Assembly: GCA_031414955.1 (NCBI GenBank)
Contig: JANOQV010000036.1
Coordinates: 1-59,469, forward strand
Length of the DNA stretch: 59,469 bases
Direction of reading: 5' to 3'
Origin: Pedosphaera sp.
GTDB lineage: Bacteria > Verrucomicrobiota > Verrucomicrobiia > Limisphaerales > SIBH01
Part shown: positions 19,378 to 28,486 of the stretch, in pieces
Position numbering within the stretch: position 1 is the first letter of the stretch
Layout: the number at the start of each line of letters is the position of its first letter
Notes under the pieces: model-generated
Databases searched by the model: none
Told to the model about the DNA's origin: nothing
Seen by the model: only the letters and a program-made list of their open reading frames with translations
Translations under genes and position numbers: made by a program

Positions 19378-19779
19378 ATGAGCGCACCCGGAACACTCAG
19401 GGTTTTCATCGCGGACGCCCCCGCCGCGTGGCGCGAGTATTTGTTGGAGTTGAGGTCAGATATTACCGGCCCGGAAATCACCGAATTCGCCAACCAGCGA
19501 AGGGAGGCCACCGCGTCCATCGGACAATTCAATCCTGCCCCAAGGCTGCTCGAAAAAAGTCGTTCACACGCCAAAGGCCTCGAAGCACGGCCGAGTAAAA
19601 ATCCAGATAGTCGGAGGCTGATTAACGTCGAAGCGATGAATTCACCCTCTCCGCCCTACCACCGCCGGGCCCTTGAATCCGGCGCAGATAGTTTTCAGAA
19701 CCGGACGGTCAACTTCGATCCAGTCCGCTTCCTGCTTGTCCACTTCGGCAGGATAAACCGGCCCGCCGTAATCAATTAG
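19378..19779 (+). pseudogene. degenerate stand-alone receiver (CheY-like) domain
   Basis: LRVFIAD...EATASIGQFNP...PYHRRALESGAD follows the receiver scaffold, but the second Asp, phospho-Asp and Lys are not retained. Confidence 0.5.
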
Positions 19780-19781
19780 CC

Positions 19782-20285
19782 ATGCTCCGAAGTAAAAACC
19801 ACAACCACGCGGTGGGAAACGCCTCCGCTCCCCAGGAATCGCTGCTCTTCAGCGCCCTGCAGTCTCAGCCGGCGATCGGCTATTCCTGCAAGGTCAACTC
19901 CGACTGCGGCATGATCGCGGTCACGGAAAATGTCCGCCAGCAACTCGGGTACGCACCCGAGGAGTTTCTAGCCGACCCGGGCTTCTGGGCCGTGCGCATT
20001 CACCCGGCCGATGCCGGGCGCGTCTTCGATGATCTGCCGGGCCTCTTTGACCGCGGCCAGAAGACGCTGGAATACCGGTTTCGTCACGCCGACGGGCGGC
20101 ATATTTGGCTGCGTGATGAAATGCAATTGAAGTTGAGCGCCTCGGGCCAACCGGATCAAATCCATGGTCGCTGGACCGACATCACCGGACTGAAATTGGC
20201 CGCGGTCTCAGCCGGCCAACTGATGGGTGGCTCAGGAAAGGCAACCGATGAAACCCGAGGTGAAGATTATGCCAACCAGACATGA
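19782..20285 (+). CDS. stand-alone PAS (PAS_3/PAC) domain protein
   Basis: LGYAPEEFL, FWAVRIHPAD, EYRFRHADGRHIWLRD, GRWTDIT; no output domain. Confidence 0.75.
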   Translation: MLRSKNHNHAVGNASAPQESLLFSALQSQPAIGYSCKVNSDCGMIAVTENVRQQLGYAPEEFLADPGFWAVRIHPADAGRVFDDLPGLFDRGQKTLEYRFRHADGRHIWLRDEMQLKLSASGQPDQIHGRWTDITGLKLAAVSAGQLMGGSGKATDETRGEDYANQT

Positions 20286-20404
20286 ATCATCCTCGTTCAA
20301 CGAACGGGATTGGCATTTCATCAGCGTGCAGTCGCCGCTGGGACAGGTGAGACTGGCGCGCAAACGGGCTGCGCCCCGCTTGCGACCTGCCGCCCCGGAT
20401 TGGG

Positions 20405-20791
20405 TTAGCCGCCGATCTGCTTCAAATAGTCCGCCGGGATCAGCAATGAAGCCAGTTCGGTGTCGCCGCTCACTTTGATCTGAAAGAACCAACCGTCGCC
20501 ATAGGGTTGGTCGTTCACCAGCGAAGGGTTGTCCACGACCTTCTGATTTACCGCCATGACCTCACCAGAGATCGGCGCGTAGATATCGCTCGCCGTCTTA
20601 ACCGACTCCACCACGGCGCAAGGTTCGCCCGCCTTCAACTGGCGCCCGACTTGGGGGAGTTCAACAAATACGATGTCCGTCAACTCATGCTGGGCATGGT
20701 CGGTGATGCCCACCGTGACCAGGTTGCCATTCGCCCGCGCCCATTCGTGCGATTTCGCGTACTTCAGATCATCCGGCACTTTTGAACTCAT
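20405..20791 (-). CDS. gcvH: glycine cleavage system H protein
   Basis: [28 protein letters not shown] (lipoyl Lys), PYGDGW. Confidence 0.97.
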   Translation of the reverse strand: MSSKVPDDLKYAKSHEWARANGNLVTVGITDHAQHELTDIVFVELPQVGRQLKAGEPCAVVESVKTASDIYAPISGEVMAVNQKVVDNPSLVNDQPYGDGWFFQIKVSGDTELASLLIPADYLKQIGG

Positions 20792-20865
20792 ATATTTGTC
20801 GGCGCGAGATTACGCAGCGGATCGGTTTTGTCCAAAACAGTTTTCTCGAGCCGACGCCAGACGCC

Positions 20866-21720
20866 TCATCGCTTCGCCAGGTAATGCTCAAGTCCACGCG
20901 CCACGCCGTGGCCCCAGGGTTGGTGGCTCACGTAACCATGGTGCTTGCGGACGAGTTCCTTGATCGCCGGGATGGCGTTGTCGGGACAGACGATGCAGTG
21001 GGCGTAGGTACCGGAGAGCATCGGAATGTCATTGTAGTGGTCACCCGCAGCAAAAGTTTCCTCAGGCGTGACGTTCAGGAGATTCCCCAAGCGCGCCAAG
21101 GCCGTGCCCTTGTTGAAGTCCACATGACTGAAGCGCGAGTAAACATCGTTGCGCACCACAGTCAGGCCCGTCACCTCGCCGCAGTAGGACTCCATCATGA
21201 CCTGAATGATGTCCATCTCCTCGTTCGAGTCGGCGATGATGCAGAAGGGCGAATAGGAGTCGGCGTAAACCGTGGCGCGCTGGCGCTGGTTTACCCACTC
21301 GGCCAGGCGCGGGACGTCGCGGGCCACGCGGGCGAACAACTCGGTGTGCGTGGCGCGGCACTGGTTGTTCCAGTCCACCAGGTCGGTGAAGCGCGCCTCG
21401 ACATGGCAATAAATCTCACGCTCCACCACGACCACGAAGTCGGGCTTGATGCGCAGGCGAGCGCGTCCCAGCGCTTCCATCAGACTGCCCAGATCGCGGC
21501 CCGTGTTGATGACCCACTTGGCCCCACGCGCCTGGAGCGAGGCGATCAAATCCTGCAAGTCATGCGGCACCGGCGGGTCTTCGTGCTCGGCGTGAAGCGT
21601 GCCGTCGAAATCCGTGGAGATGAGTTTGATGGGGAGCGCGCCATTGAAGGAAACGGAGGAAGAGAAGCGCACGGGCTGCGCGTGCTCCATGTTGCCGGTA
21701 TTTTTTTGAAACAATGCCAT
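20866..21720 (-). CDS. HAD-IIB (Cof-like) hydrolase (start uncertain)
   Basis: STDFDGT, INTGR, NKGTAL, AGDHYNDIPML. Confidence 0.88.
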   Translation of the reverse strand: MALFQKNTGNMEHAQPVRFSSSVSFNGALPIKLISTDFDGTLHAEHEDPPVPHDLQDLIASLQARGAKWVINTGRDLGSLMEALGRARLRIKPDFVVVVEREIYCHVEARFTDLVDWNNQCRATHTELFARVARDVPRLAEWVNQRQRATVYADSYSPFCIIADSNEEMDIIQVMMESYCGEVTGLTVVRNDVYSRFSHVDFNKGTALARLGNLLNVTPEETFAAGDHYNDIPMLSGTYAHCIVCPDNAIPAIKELVRKHHGYVSHQPWGHGVARGLEHYLAKR

Positions 21721-21794
21721 TTGAAACGAGCGGCTAAAATCTCCGGCCCGACAGGAATGTCAATGCAAGGGAGCGAAGCGCGGCCGCGGCGTTT

Positions 21795-22226
21795 TCACTT
21801 CGCCGGGAACCACTGGTAGAGCATCAGGTAAACCAGCACGCCGGTGACGGACACGTACATCCAGATCGGCCAGGTCCAGCGAGCGATCTTCTTGTGCAGC
21901 TCGAAACGCTGCTGGAGCGCGCGATTCATGGTCACGAGGACGAGCGGCACGATGAGCATGGCGAGCAAGATGTGCGAGATGAGCATGACGTAATAGGCCG
22001 TGCGGATGAAGCCCTCGCCACCGAACGGAGTGTGGACGCCACGCACCAGAATCTTGTGCAGCACGTAGCAGACGAGAAAGATCGAGGACGTGGCGAACGC
22101 GGCCATCATGCACTTGCGGTGGGCGTCCTTCTTCTTCTGCTTGATAAAGATGTAGCCGAGGCTGAGGAACACGGTGGCCAGGGCATTCAGGCTGGCGTTG
22201 ACGGCGGGCAGGTCCTGGGTAGTCAT
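21795..22226 (-). CDS. DUF420 (CtaM-like) membrane protein
   Basis: LPAVNASLN, AHRKCM, LISHILLA, HKKIARWTWPIWMYVSVTG. Confidence 0.92.
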   Translation of the reverse strand: MTTQDLPAVNASLNALATVFLSLGYIFIKQKKKDAHRKCMMAAFATSSIFLVCYVLHKILVRGVHTPFGGEGFIRTAYYVMLISHILLAMLIVPLVLVTMNRALQQRFELHKKIARWTWPIWMYVSVTGVLVYLMLYQWFPAK

Positions 22227-22237
22227 GGGAGAAAAGA

Positions 22238-22356
22238 TCCAAGCACCAAGCACCAAGCTCCAGGGAAGCTCCAAACATCATAATCCAAAATCTGCGCCGG
22301 GCCGTTTGGAGCTTGGAGCTTGGAGCTTATCTGGAGCTTGGTGCTTGGTGCTTGGA
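22238..22356. repeat. inverted heptamer tandem-repeat element (CCAAGCA/CCAAGCT)n...(TTGGWGC)n
   Basis: Perfect 26-bp inverted repeat 22238-22263 / 22331-22356 built from 7-mers, with more 7-mers inside. Confidence 0.85.
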
Positions 22357-22374
22357 GTTTCATTTCACCGCTTC

Positions 22375-23022
22375 TCATTTCTCGCGCAGAAGTTTTTTAA
22401 CCGCGAGCAGCAATTGCCGCCGGTCTTCCTCCTCGGTGCCTTCAAAGATGCCTCGGATGTTTCCGCGCTTGTCCACCAGGGCGAAGTGCGAGCTGTGGAT
22501 GAAGAGGTCATCGGGAATGACGCGGTTGGTGTTGTCGAGCACGGCGAACTTCATCCCGTGAACGCTGAGTTCATAAACATTGCTCTTGAGGCCGGTGAGG
22601 AAATGCCAGCGAGCCTGATCCAAGCCGCGCTGATCGGCGTACTTTTTCAGCACGGCGGGTGTGTCGTTCTGCGGGTAGGCCGTGATGGAGACGAACTTCA
22701 CCGGTGCCCGATCGGAAATCTGTCGCGCCAGCGCATGCATGCGTCGCGTCATCTGTTCGCAACTTATCGGGCAGGTGGTGAAGATGACGTCGGCGACCCA
22801 GACCTGACCGAGCAGGTTGGTGAGCGAGACCGCCTGGTCGAACTGGTTGGTGAGGGTGAAGGCTGGAACCTGGATCACGAGTTGGAGCCGTTCCTCCAGC
22901 ACGCGATCCCGCAAGCGGTCGCGGACAAACGCCACCGCGATGGCGACGACGGTGAGGACCAACGAGGACCAGACCAGCCATTCGAGGCGGTGGCTGGATA
23001 GTTTGACGGGTTGGTCGGTCAT
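22375..23022 (-). CDS. SCO family copper chaperone
   Basis: N-terminal TM; FTTCPISC, DTPAVL, HSSHFALVD. Confidence 0.93.
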   Translation of the reverse strand: MTDQPVKLSSHRLEWLVWSSLVLTVVAIAVAFVRDRLRDRVLEERLQLVIQVPAFTLTNQFDQAVSLTNLLGQVWVADVIFTTCPISCEQMTRRMHALARQISDRAPVKFVSITAYPQNDTPAVLKKYADQRGLDQARWHFLTGLKSNVYELSVHGMKFAVLDNTNRVIPDDLFIHSSHFALVDKRGNIRGIFEGTEEEDRRQLLLAVKKLLREK

Positions 23023-23076
23023 GGTTCCGCAGCGGGGATCGCTGCCTTTAACCCGGCCCAGCGGCGTTCGGTCAGG

Positions 23077-23844
23077 CTATTCGAAGCCCTGCGCGCCGGA
23101 CCCGAAACCGGGTTGCTTGGCGAACCAGGCCTGGTAGTCGTCCGGCGACAAAACTTTCAGCGTGCCCTTCATGCTGGCATGGCCCACCCCGCAAAGCTGC
23201 GCGCAGTTGATCGGATAGGTGCCCACTCGCGTCGGCTTGAAATGGACCGGGATGCTCATGCCGGGAATCGCATCCTGGTTCACGCGCATCGGGATGATTT
23301 TGAAGCTGTGAATCACATCCATGCTGCTGATGTGGACGATGACGTTGGTGCCCAGGGGCACCACCATCTCGGAACCGGTCAGAACGAGCACGTCGTCCTT
23401 CGCGTTCGGATCCTTGTCATCGACCCCAAGGTCATTCTTGGAACTGACCAGGCGGATGTCCTGTTTGCCGAAGATGCCGTCCTGGCCGGCGTAGCGCGAC
23501 ACCCAGTTGAACTGGCGGCCGGTGACGCGGATGACCAGGGATTCCTTCTCGGCGGGAAACTTTTCCACGCTGCTGGCCCAGAGCGGCACAGCAAAACCGA
23601 GAAGCAGTCCAACCTCCACCACGGCCACGCCGACCTCGACGTAGGTCGAGAAGTGGCTCTGCACGCCCACATGGTCGGCCTTGGCCTGGCGCGTGGCGCG
23701 GAAGCGGAAGAGCACGTAGATGAAATAGAGCGACCAACCGATGAACAGCGCGGCCATCAGGATGTGGATGTACCAGTTCAGTTCGTCGATGCCTGCGCCA
23801 TGCTCGGACGCGATGAGCGGAGTGCCAAAAAAGTTCTTCGTCAT
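23077..23844 (-). CDS. coxB: cytochrome c oxidase subunit II
   Basis: Two TMs; GRQFNW, DVIHSF, CAQLCGVGHASM CuA motif. Confidence 0.95.
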   Translation of the reverse strand: MTKNFFGTPLIASEHGAGIDELNWYIHILMAALFIGWSLYFIYVLFRFRATRQAKADHVGVQSHFSTYVEVGVAVVEVGLLLGFAVPLWASSVEKFPAEKESLVIRVTGRQFNWVSRYAGQDGIFGKQDIRLVSSKNDLGVDDKDPNAKDDVLVLTGSEMVVPLGTNVIVHISSMDVIHSFKIIPMRVNQDAIPGMSIPVHFKPTRVGTYPINCAQLCGVGHASMKGTLKVLSPDDYQAWFAKQPGFGSGAQGFE

Positions 23845-23847
23845 GAG

Positions 23848-24096
23848 TTAAGCCTTGGATTCAGTAGAGTGTTGGTCGAGCGCGGCGACAGCGGCGGCCC
23901 GGCGCGCGAGAAAGATGAAGAGTGCGACAAACCCGCCGATGACGGCGAGCACCACCAAGAGCAGGACCAACACCCCGGCCATCGCCCCTTGGGTGAGCTT
24001 GGAATCGCTGTTGCCGAAGCAGACGGCGCACGCCTGGGCCGCGCGCGGCGCAAAAAGCAGCGAGAGAACCAGCAGCCCGATGGATTTGGTCAGCAT
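23848..24096 (-). CDS. small membrane protein with signal peptide and CxxC
   Basis: AQA-CAVCFG then one TM helix; tightly coupled within the cox operon. Confidence 0.75.
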   Translation of the reverse strand: MLTKSIGLLVLSLLFAPRAAQACAVCFGNSDSKLTQGAMAGVLVLLLVVLAVIGGFVALFIFLARRAAAVAALDQHSTESKA

Positions 24097-24098
24097 TT

Positions 24099-24305
24099 TC
24101 ACAGGTAGCTGATGCTCTTTAATTTGCGGAGCACGGAGCGGCAGTAAAAAATCAAGCCCACTCCCGAAAGGATGGAGGCGAGGCCGAACCACAAATTGCC
24201 CTGGGCACCCTCTTTCGAAAAGGCGTGCAGCGCCCACGCTCCGCACCCAAAAGCGAGCACGATGGAGGAGATGATGAACACGATATGGAGGGCCTTGAGC
24301 GACAT
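24099..24305 (-). CDS. small two-TM membrane protein
   Basis: MSLKALHIVFI...; 2-nt spacing to both neighbours in the operon. Confidence 0.75.
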   Translation of the reverse strand: MSLKALHIVFIISSIVLAFGCGAWALHAFSKEGAQGNLWFGLASILSGVGLIFYCRSVLRKLKSISYL

Positions 24306-24307
24306 GG

Positions 24308-24634
24308 TTACTTGCCGTTGACGGTCGTCATGGCGGGGAAGTCATTCATGGACCAGAGCGTGAGGCCCATGAGCGCGACGAAGAAGAAGGCCGTGGTCGC
24401 CAGAGTGGCGTAGATGACCTTCTTCTCCGAAATCAAGTGCATGAAGTAGCCCGCGACGAGGAAGGACTTCACGCTCGCGACAACTAACGCGATGGTGATG
24501 GTCCAAAACACGCTCGGGATATGGACATAATACAATCCGACCGTGAGCGCCGTGCCAACCAGCAGCGCGCCGAAAATGGTCATGTAAACGCGGATGTCCT
24601 TCTTGAATTGTTCAGGTGATGAATGGTCGCTCAT
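24308..24634 (-). CDS. cytochrome c oxidase subunit IV (prokaryotic COX4)
   Basis: Three TMs; KSFLVAGYFMHL. Confidence 0.9.
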   Translation of the reverse strand: MSDHSSPEQFKKDIRVYMTIFGALLVGTALTVGLYYVHIPSVFWTITIALVVASVKSFLVAGYFMHLISEKKVIYATLATTAFFFVALMGLTLWSMNDFPAMTTVNGK

Positions 24635-24644
24635 AAAGTTTCGG

Positions 24645-25577
24645 TTAGAGGAGATAGAGAACCGGGAACAGGAAAATCCAGACCAGATCGACGAAGTGCC
24701 AGAACAGGCCGGCCACTTCGAGCCGGTTGGTCAGGCGCTCCGGCTGCGTCTTCCACATGGCGCCGCCGAAGAAGAACAGGTAGCCCATCACGATGGCCCC
24801 GCCGATGACGTGCGCAGCATGGAGACCGGTGAGCGCGAAGTAGATGGCGAAGTAGGTGTTGTGCTTGGGCACGTAGGCCGAGAGATAATTCAGGTCGCTG
24901 ACCTTGACGGTGTGCGCCTTGTGCTCGCCGTGCGATTCAGCCTTGGCCTCCTTGCCGTCCTTGGCGTGCTTGGGGTGCATCGGCGGATCGACAATGAATT
25001 GAACCGTCTCGGTCTTCTTCGCGTTCAGTTTGGCCAGGCTCCAGAAGCGCGGATTGCCCTCAATGTGGCCGGTGATCTGGAGATCCCGCACGTCGAACGG
25101 GCGCTTGGCTTCGTCGAGTCCGTAGGTGTTGGCCACGATGCCAGCCTTGGTCGCTGCGTCATCATTGCCGAAGGCTTCCTTCAGGAAGGCCGTCGTGCCC
25201 GCCTCATCTTTGAAGCGGATGGCGTAGTGGGTAAACTTGTCGTTGTATTCCTTGGTCTTGATGCCGACGAAAGCCAGCGCGCAGAGAATGGTCAGGCCGA
25301 GATACATGCGGCCCTTCTTGAAATTCCCCATCTTCAGATTGGCCCAGGCCAGCACGACCGTCACCGACGAGGTGATGAGCACCCAGGTGTTGAAGGTGCC
25401 GATGGGGATGTTGAGCAGGCCGTGCGGCCAGAAGTCGGCCCCCACGCGGAGCAGCACATAGGAGGAGAAGAGCGCGCCGAAGAGCATGACTTCGGAGGCG
25501 AGGAAGAGCCAGATGCCAACCTTGGCGTTGTAGAGGCCGGTGTCTCGGCGCGGCGTTATTGTGTACGGGATTTCCAT
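24645..25577 (-). CDS. coxC: cytochrome c oxidase subunit III
   Basis: WLFLASEVMLFGALF, NTWVLITSS, TGLHAAHV, FWHFVDLVWIFLFP. Confidence 0.93.
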   Translation of the reverse strand: MEIPYTITPRRDTGLYNAKVGIWLFLASEVMLFGALFSSYVLLRVGADFWPHGLLNIPIGTFNTWVLITSSVTVVLAWANLKMGNFKKGRMYLGLTILCALAFVGIKTKEYNDKFTHYAIRFKDEAGTTAFLKEAFGNDDAATKAGIVANTYGLDEAKRPFDVRDLQITGHIEGNPRFWSLAKLNAKKTETVQFIVDPPMHPKHAKDGKEAKAESHGEHKAHTVKVSDLNYLSAYVPKHNTYFAIYFALTGLHAAHVIGGAIVMGYLFFFGGAMWKTQPERLTNRLEVAGLFWHFVDLVWIFLFPVLYLL

Positions 25578-25588
25578 GACTCAGTAGC

Positions 25589-27460
25589 TTAGTTGGGTTG
25601 GTTCTGGGGCGTGTAATCACTCTTGGCGCCGGGCACGCTGTATTCGTAAGGGCCGCGATGCACCTCGGGTTCCTTGGCGAAGTTGCCATGCGGCGGCGGC
25701 GTGGGCGTCTGCCATTCCAGAGTGGTGGCGTGCCAGGGATTGTCGGACTCGACTTTCTTACCGTTCTTGATGCTCCAGAAGAAATTGATGATGAAGGGAA
25801 TCTGGGCCAACCCCAACATCCAGGCCGCATGGGAGATGCCCTTGTTCATGCCGATGATGGAGGCGCTGAGCGCGCCATCCACGCCCGGAGACTGATCCAG
25901 CGAGTAAGTCGCGCCGCCGTCCGACATGCGGCGCAACATGCCGGCCAGCCCTTGGATGAACATCGGGCCGAAGATGAGGTTCATGAAAAGGAAGGAAGCG
26001 CCGAAATGAATCTTGCCCCAGAACTCGCTCATGTACCGCCCGGTTATTTTCGGATACCAGTAGTAGATGCCCGCCATCAGGCCGAAGATCGTCCCCGGCG
26101 CGACCACATAATGGAAATGTGCGATCACGTAATACGTGTCGTGCAGCAGGATGTCGCTGGCGTTGAAGCCCAGCGGGAGCCCCGTCAAACCACCAATGCC
26201 GAACATGGGCAGGAAGGCCAGGGCGAAGAGCATCGGGGTGTTGAAACGAATAGAACCGCCCCACAGCGACATGAACAACGCAGTCAAAATGATCACCGAC
26301 GGAATCGAGATGATCATCGTGGTGGTCTGGAAAAAGGTGCTGATCTTGGTGCCCATGCCGGTGAGATACATGTGGTGCGCCCAGACGATGAAGGAGATGA
26401 AGCCGATGGCGAGCACAGAGTTGACCAGCGCCTTGTAGCCCCAGAGCGGCTTGCGGGTGTTGCAGGCAATGATTTCGGCCACGATACCCATCGCAGGAAG
26501 GATGAGCACGTACACCTCGGGATGGCCGAGGAACCAGAAGAGATGCTGCCAGAGCAGCGGGCTGCCGCCACCACTGACATCCAGGGGCTGGCCGGAAATG
26601 CTCAGGCCGGTCGGAAGAAAAAAGCTGGTGTGGAAAAGATTGTCGAAGAGTTGCAGCACGCCGGCAGCTTCCAATGGCGGGAAGGCGAGCAGCAGGAGAA
26701 AGCCGGTCACGAACTGTGCCCAGACGAAGAACGGCAGGCGCATCCAACTCATGCCCTTGGCCCGAAGTTGAATGATGGTGGCGATGAAATTCACCGCGCC
26801 GAGCAGCGAAGAAGTAATGAGCAGCACCATGCCGATCAGCCACAGGGTCTGGCCGTTGATGACGTGCGGATCAGCCAGGGTGGCCAGCGGCGAATACGAG
26901 GTCCAACCGGACTTGGCCGCACCGCCTGGGATGAAGAAACTTGCGAGCATGACCACGCCACCAGCGAAGAAACATTGGTAGCTGACCATGTTAATGCGAG
27001 GGAACACCATGTCAGGCGCGCCGATTTGGAGCGGCACGATCAAGTTGCCAAACGCGCCGAAAGCCAGCGGCACGATGGCCAGGAATACCATGATGGTGCC
27101 GTGCATGGCCCCAAAGGCGTTGTAAAGATCGGGCGACATCACGCCGGGAATCTTGACTTCGGTCTTGGTGCCGTCAGCCGCAATTTGTTCGACGGTCTTG
27201 CTCCCGACAGCCTCTTCGCCGAGAGCCCTCTGCAACAACCCGCCCACAACCGGGATCGGCTCGTTCGGATAGGCGATCTGCCAGCGCATGGCGGCCATGA
27301 GCAGGAAGCCGAACATCAGGAAGCACAGTGCGGTGATGCCGTACTGAATACCAATGACCTTGTGGTCGGTGGAGAAAATATATTTCCGCAGGAAGCCCGG
27401 CTCAGGATGATGAGCGTGCTCTTCGTGCGCCGTATGTGTTGTCGAATGTGTCGCAGCCAT
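25589..27460 (-). CDS. coxA: cytochrome c oxidase subunit I, A1-type
   Basis: TDHKVIG, MHGTIM, APDMVFPRIN, GHPEVY, WAHHM, HDTYYVIAHFHY. Confidence 0.97.
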   Translation of the reverse strand: MAATHSTTHTAHEEHAHHPEPGFLRKYIFSTDHKVIGIQYGITALCFLMFGFLLMAAMRWQIAYPNEPIPVVGGLLQRALGEEAVGSKTVEQIAADGTKTEVKIPGVMSPDLYNAFGAMHGTIMVFLAIVPLAFGAFGNLIVPLQIGAPDMVFPRINMVSYQCFFAGGVVMLASFFIPGGAAKSGWTSYSPLATLADPHVINGQTLWLIGMVLLITSSLLGAVNFIATIIQLRAKGMSWMRLPFFVWAQFVTGFLLLLAFPPLEAAGVLQLFDNLFHTSFFLPTGLSISGQPLDVSGGGSPLLWQHLFWFLGHPEVYVLILPAMGIVAEIIACNTRKPLWGYKALVNSVLAIGFISFIVWAHHMYLTGMGTKISTFFQTTTMIISIPSVIILTALFMSLWGGSIRFNTPMLFALAFLPMFGIGGLTGLPLGFNASDILLHDTYYVIAHFHYVVAPGTIFGLMAGIYYWYPKITGRYMSEFWGKIHFGASFLFMNLIFGPMFIQGLAGMLRRMSDGGATYSLDQSPGVDGALSASIIGMNKGISHAAWMLGLAQIPFIINFFWSIKNGKKVESDNPWHATTLEWQTPTPPPHGNFAKEPEVHRGPYEYSVPGAKSDYTPQNQPN

Positions 27461-27556
27461 TGGGTTTCTCTAGTTTTCCACCGTCGAAAATTTCGGAAGC
27501 GCGGAACGTACCTTCCCGCCAAAATTCCTGTCAACGGCAGATTCAGTTTTCATGCT

Positions 27557-28486
27557 TCAATGCCGAACCTTGTCCAGCGCCATCAGCCCGAGCAGCAGCG
27601 GCAGGTACAAGATTGAGGCGAAGAAAAGGATCCGGGCACGCGGCCGGGTCAGGTCGCGCGAAAACTGAATCGCGCACCAGAGAAAACCCAGCCCAAGCAG
27701 CAGCGCCCCGAAGAAATAGATGCTGCCCGCCACCGGGAGCGAACCCGGCCCCGACAACGGCAAGGCCGGGCAGAGGCTCACCGCGATCAGCCCCAGGGTG
27801 TGGCTCACAGCCTGCCGCCCGGTGCGCAAGCCCTGCGGATCGCGGGACGGCAGCATCACGTAGCCGGCCTGGGCGTATTCCTCGCGGTACATCCAGGCGA
27901 TGGCCAGGAAATGGGGCAGTTGCCAGAAGAAAAGAATGGCGAACAACGCCCAGCCTTCGAGGGAAACATGGTCGCGTACGGCGGTCCAGCCCATGAGCGG
28001 CGGCAGCGCCCCGGGGATGGCCCCGATGGCGGTGTTCAAGGTCGTGACGCGCTTGAGCGGCGTATAGACGAGCACGTAACTGAGGAGCGAAAGAGCCCCG
28101 AGCAGGCTGGTGAGTTTGTTGACGAACAGCGCGAGGTGAATCATCCCGGCGACCGAGAGCAGACCACCGACGAGGAGCACGGTCGCAGGCGTGAGTTCCC
28201 CGGCGGGCAAGGGTCGCGTCTCGGTGCGCGCCATCTTGGCGTCGTGCTCACGCTCCCACCACTGATTCAACGCGGAGGCACCGCAGGCCACCAGCGCGGT
28301 GCCGAGCAGCGCGTTGAGCAGCAACACCCAGTCAGTGCTTCCCTCCACGCCGGCGTAAAAACCCGCGAGCGTGGTGAGGAGCACCAGCACGGTGAGCCGC
28401 ATCTTGACCAGGTCCGACCAGATGGCGAAGGCGCTGCGCGGCCCGGCCACAGTATCGGCAGTGAGGGTTGCAGCGTTGGCCTTCAT
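27557..28486 (-). CDS. cyoE: protoheme IX farnesyltransferase (heme o synthase)
   Basis: NQWWEREHDAKMARTETRPL, YTPLKR, GALPPLMGW, WQLPHF. Confidence 0.95.
   Translation of the reverse strand: MKANAATLTADTVAGPRSAFAIWSDLVKMRLTVLVLLTTLAGFYAGVEGSTDWVLLLNALLGTALVACGASALNQWWEREHDAKMARTETRPLPAGELTPATVLLVGGLLSVAGMIHLALFVNKLTSLLGALSLLSYVLVYTPLKRVTTLNTAIGAIPGALPPLMGWTAVRDHVSLEGWALFAILFFWQLPHFLAIAWMYREEYAQAGYVMLPSRDPQGLRTGRQAVSHTLGLIAVSLCPALPLSGPGSLPVAGSIYFFGALLLGLGFLWCAIQFSRDLTRPRARILFFASILYLPLLLGLMALDKVRH

Noticed and set aside
23175..23215. CuA motif CAQLC instead of CxExC as a sign of a defective oxidase
   Set aside because: That residue ligates through its backbone carbonyl and Gln variants exist; all Cys, His and Met ligands are present
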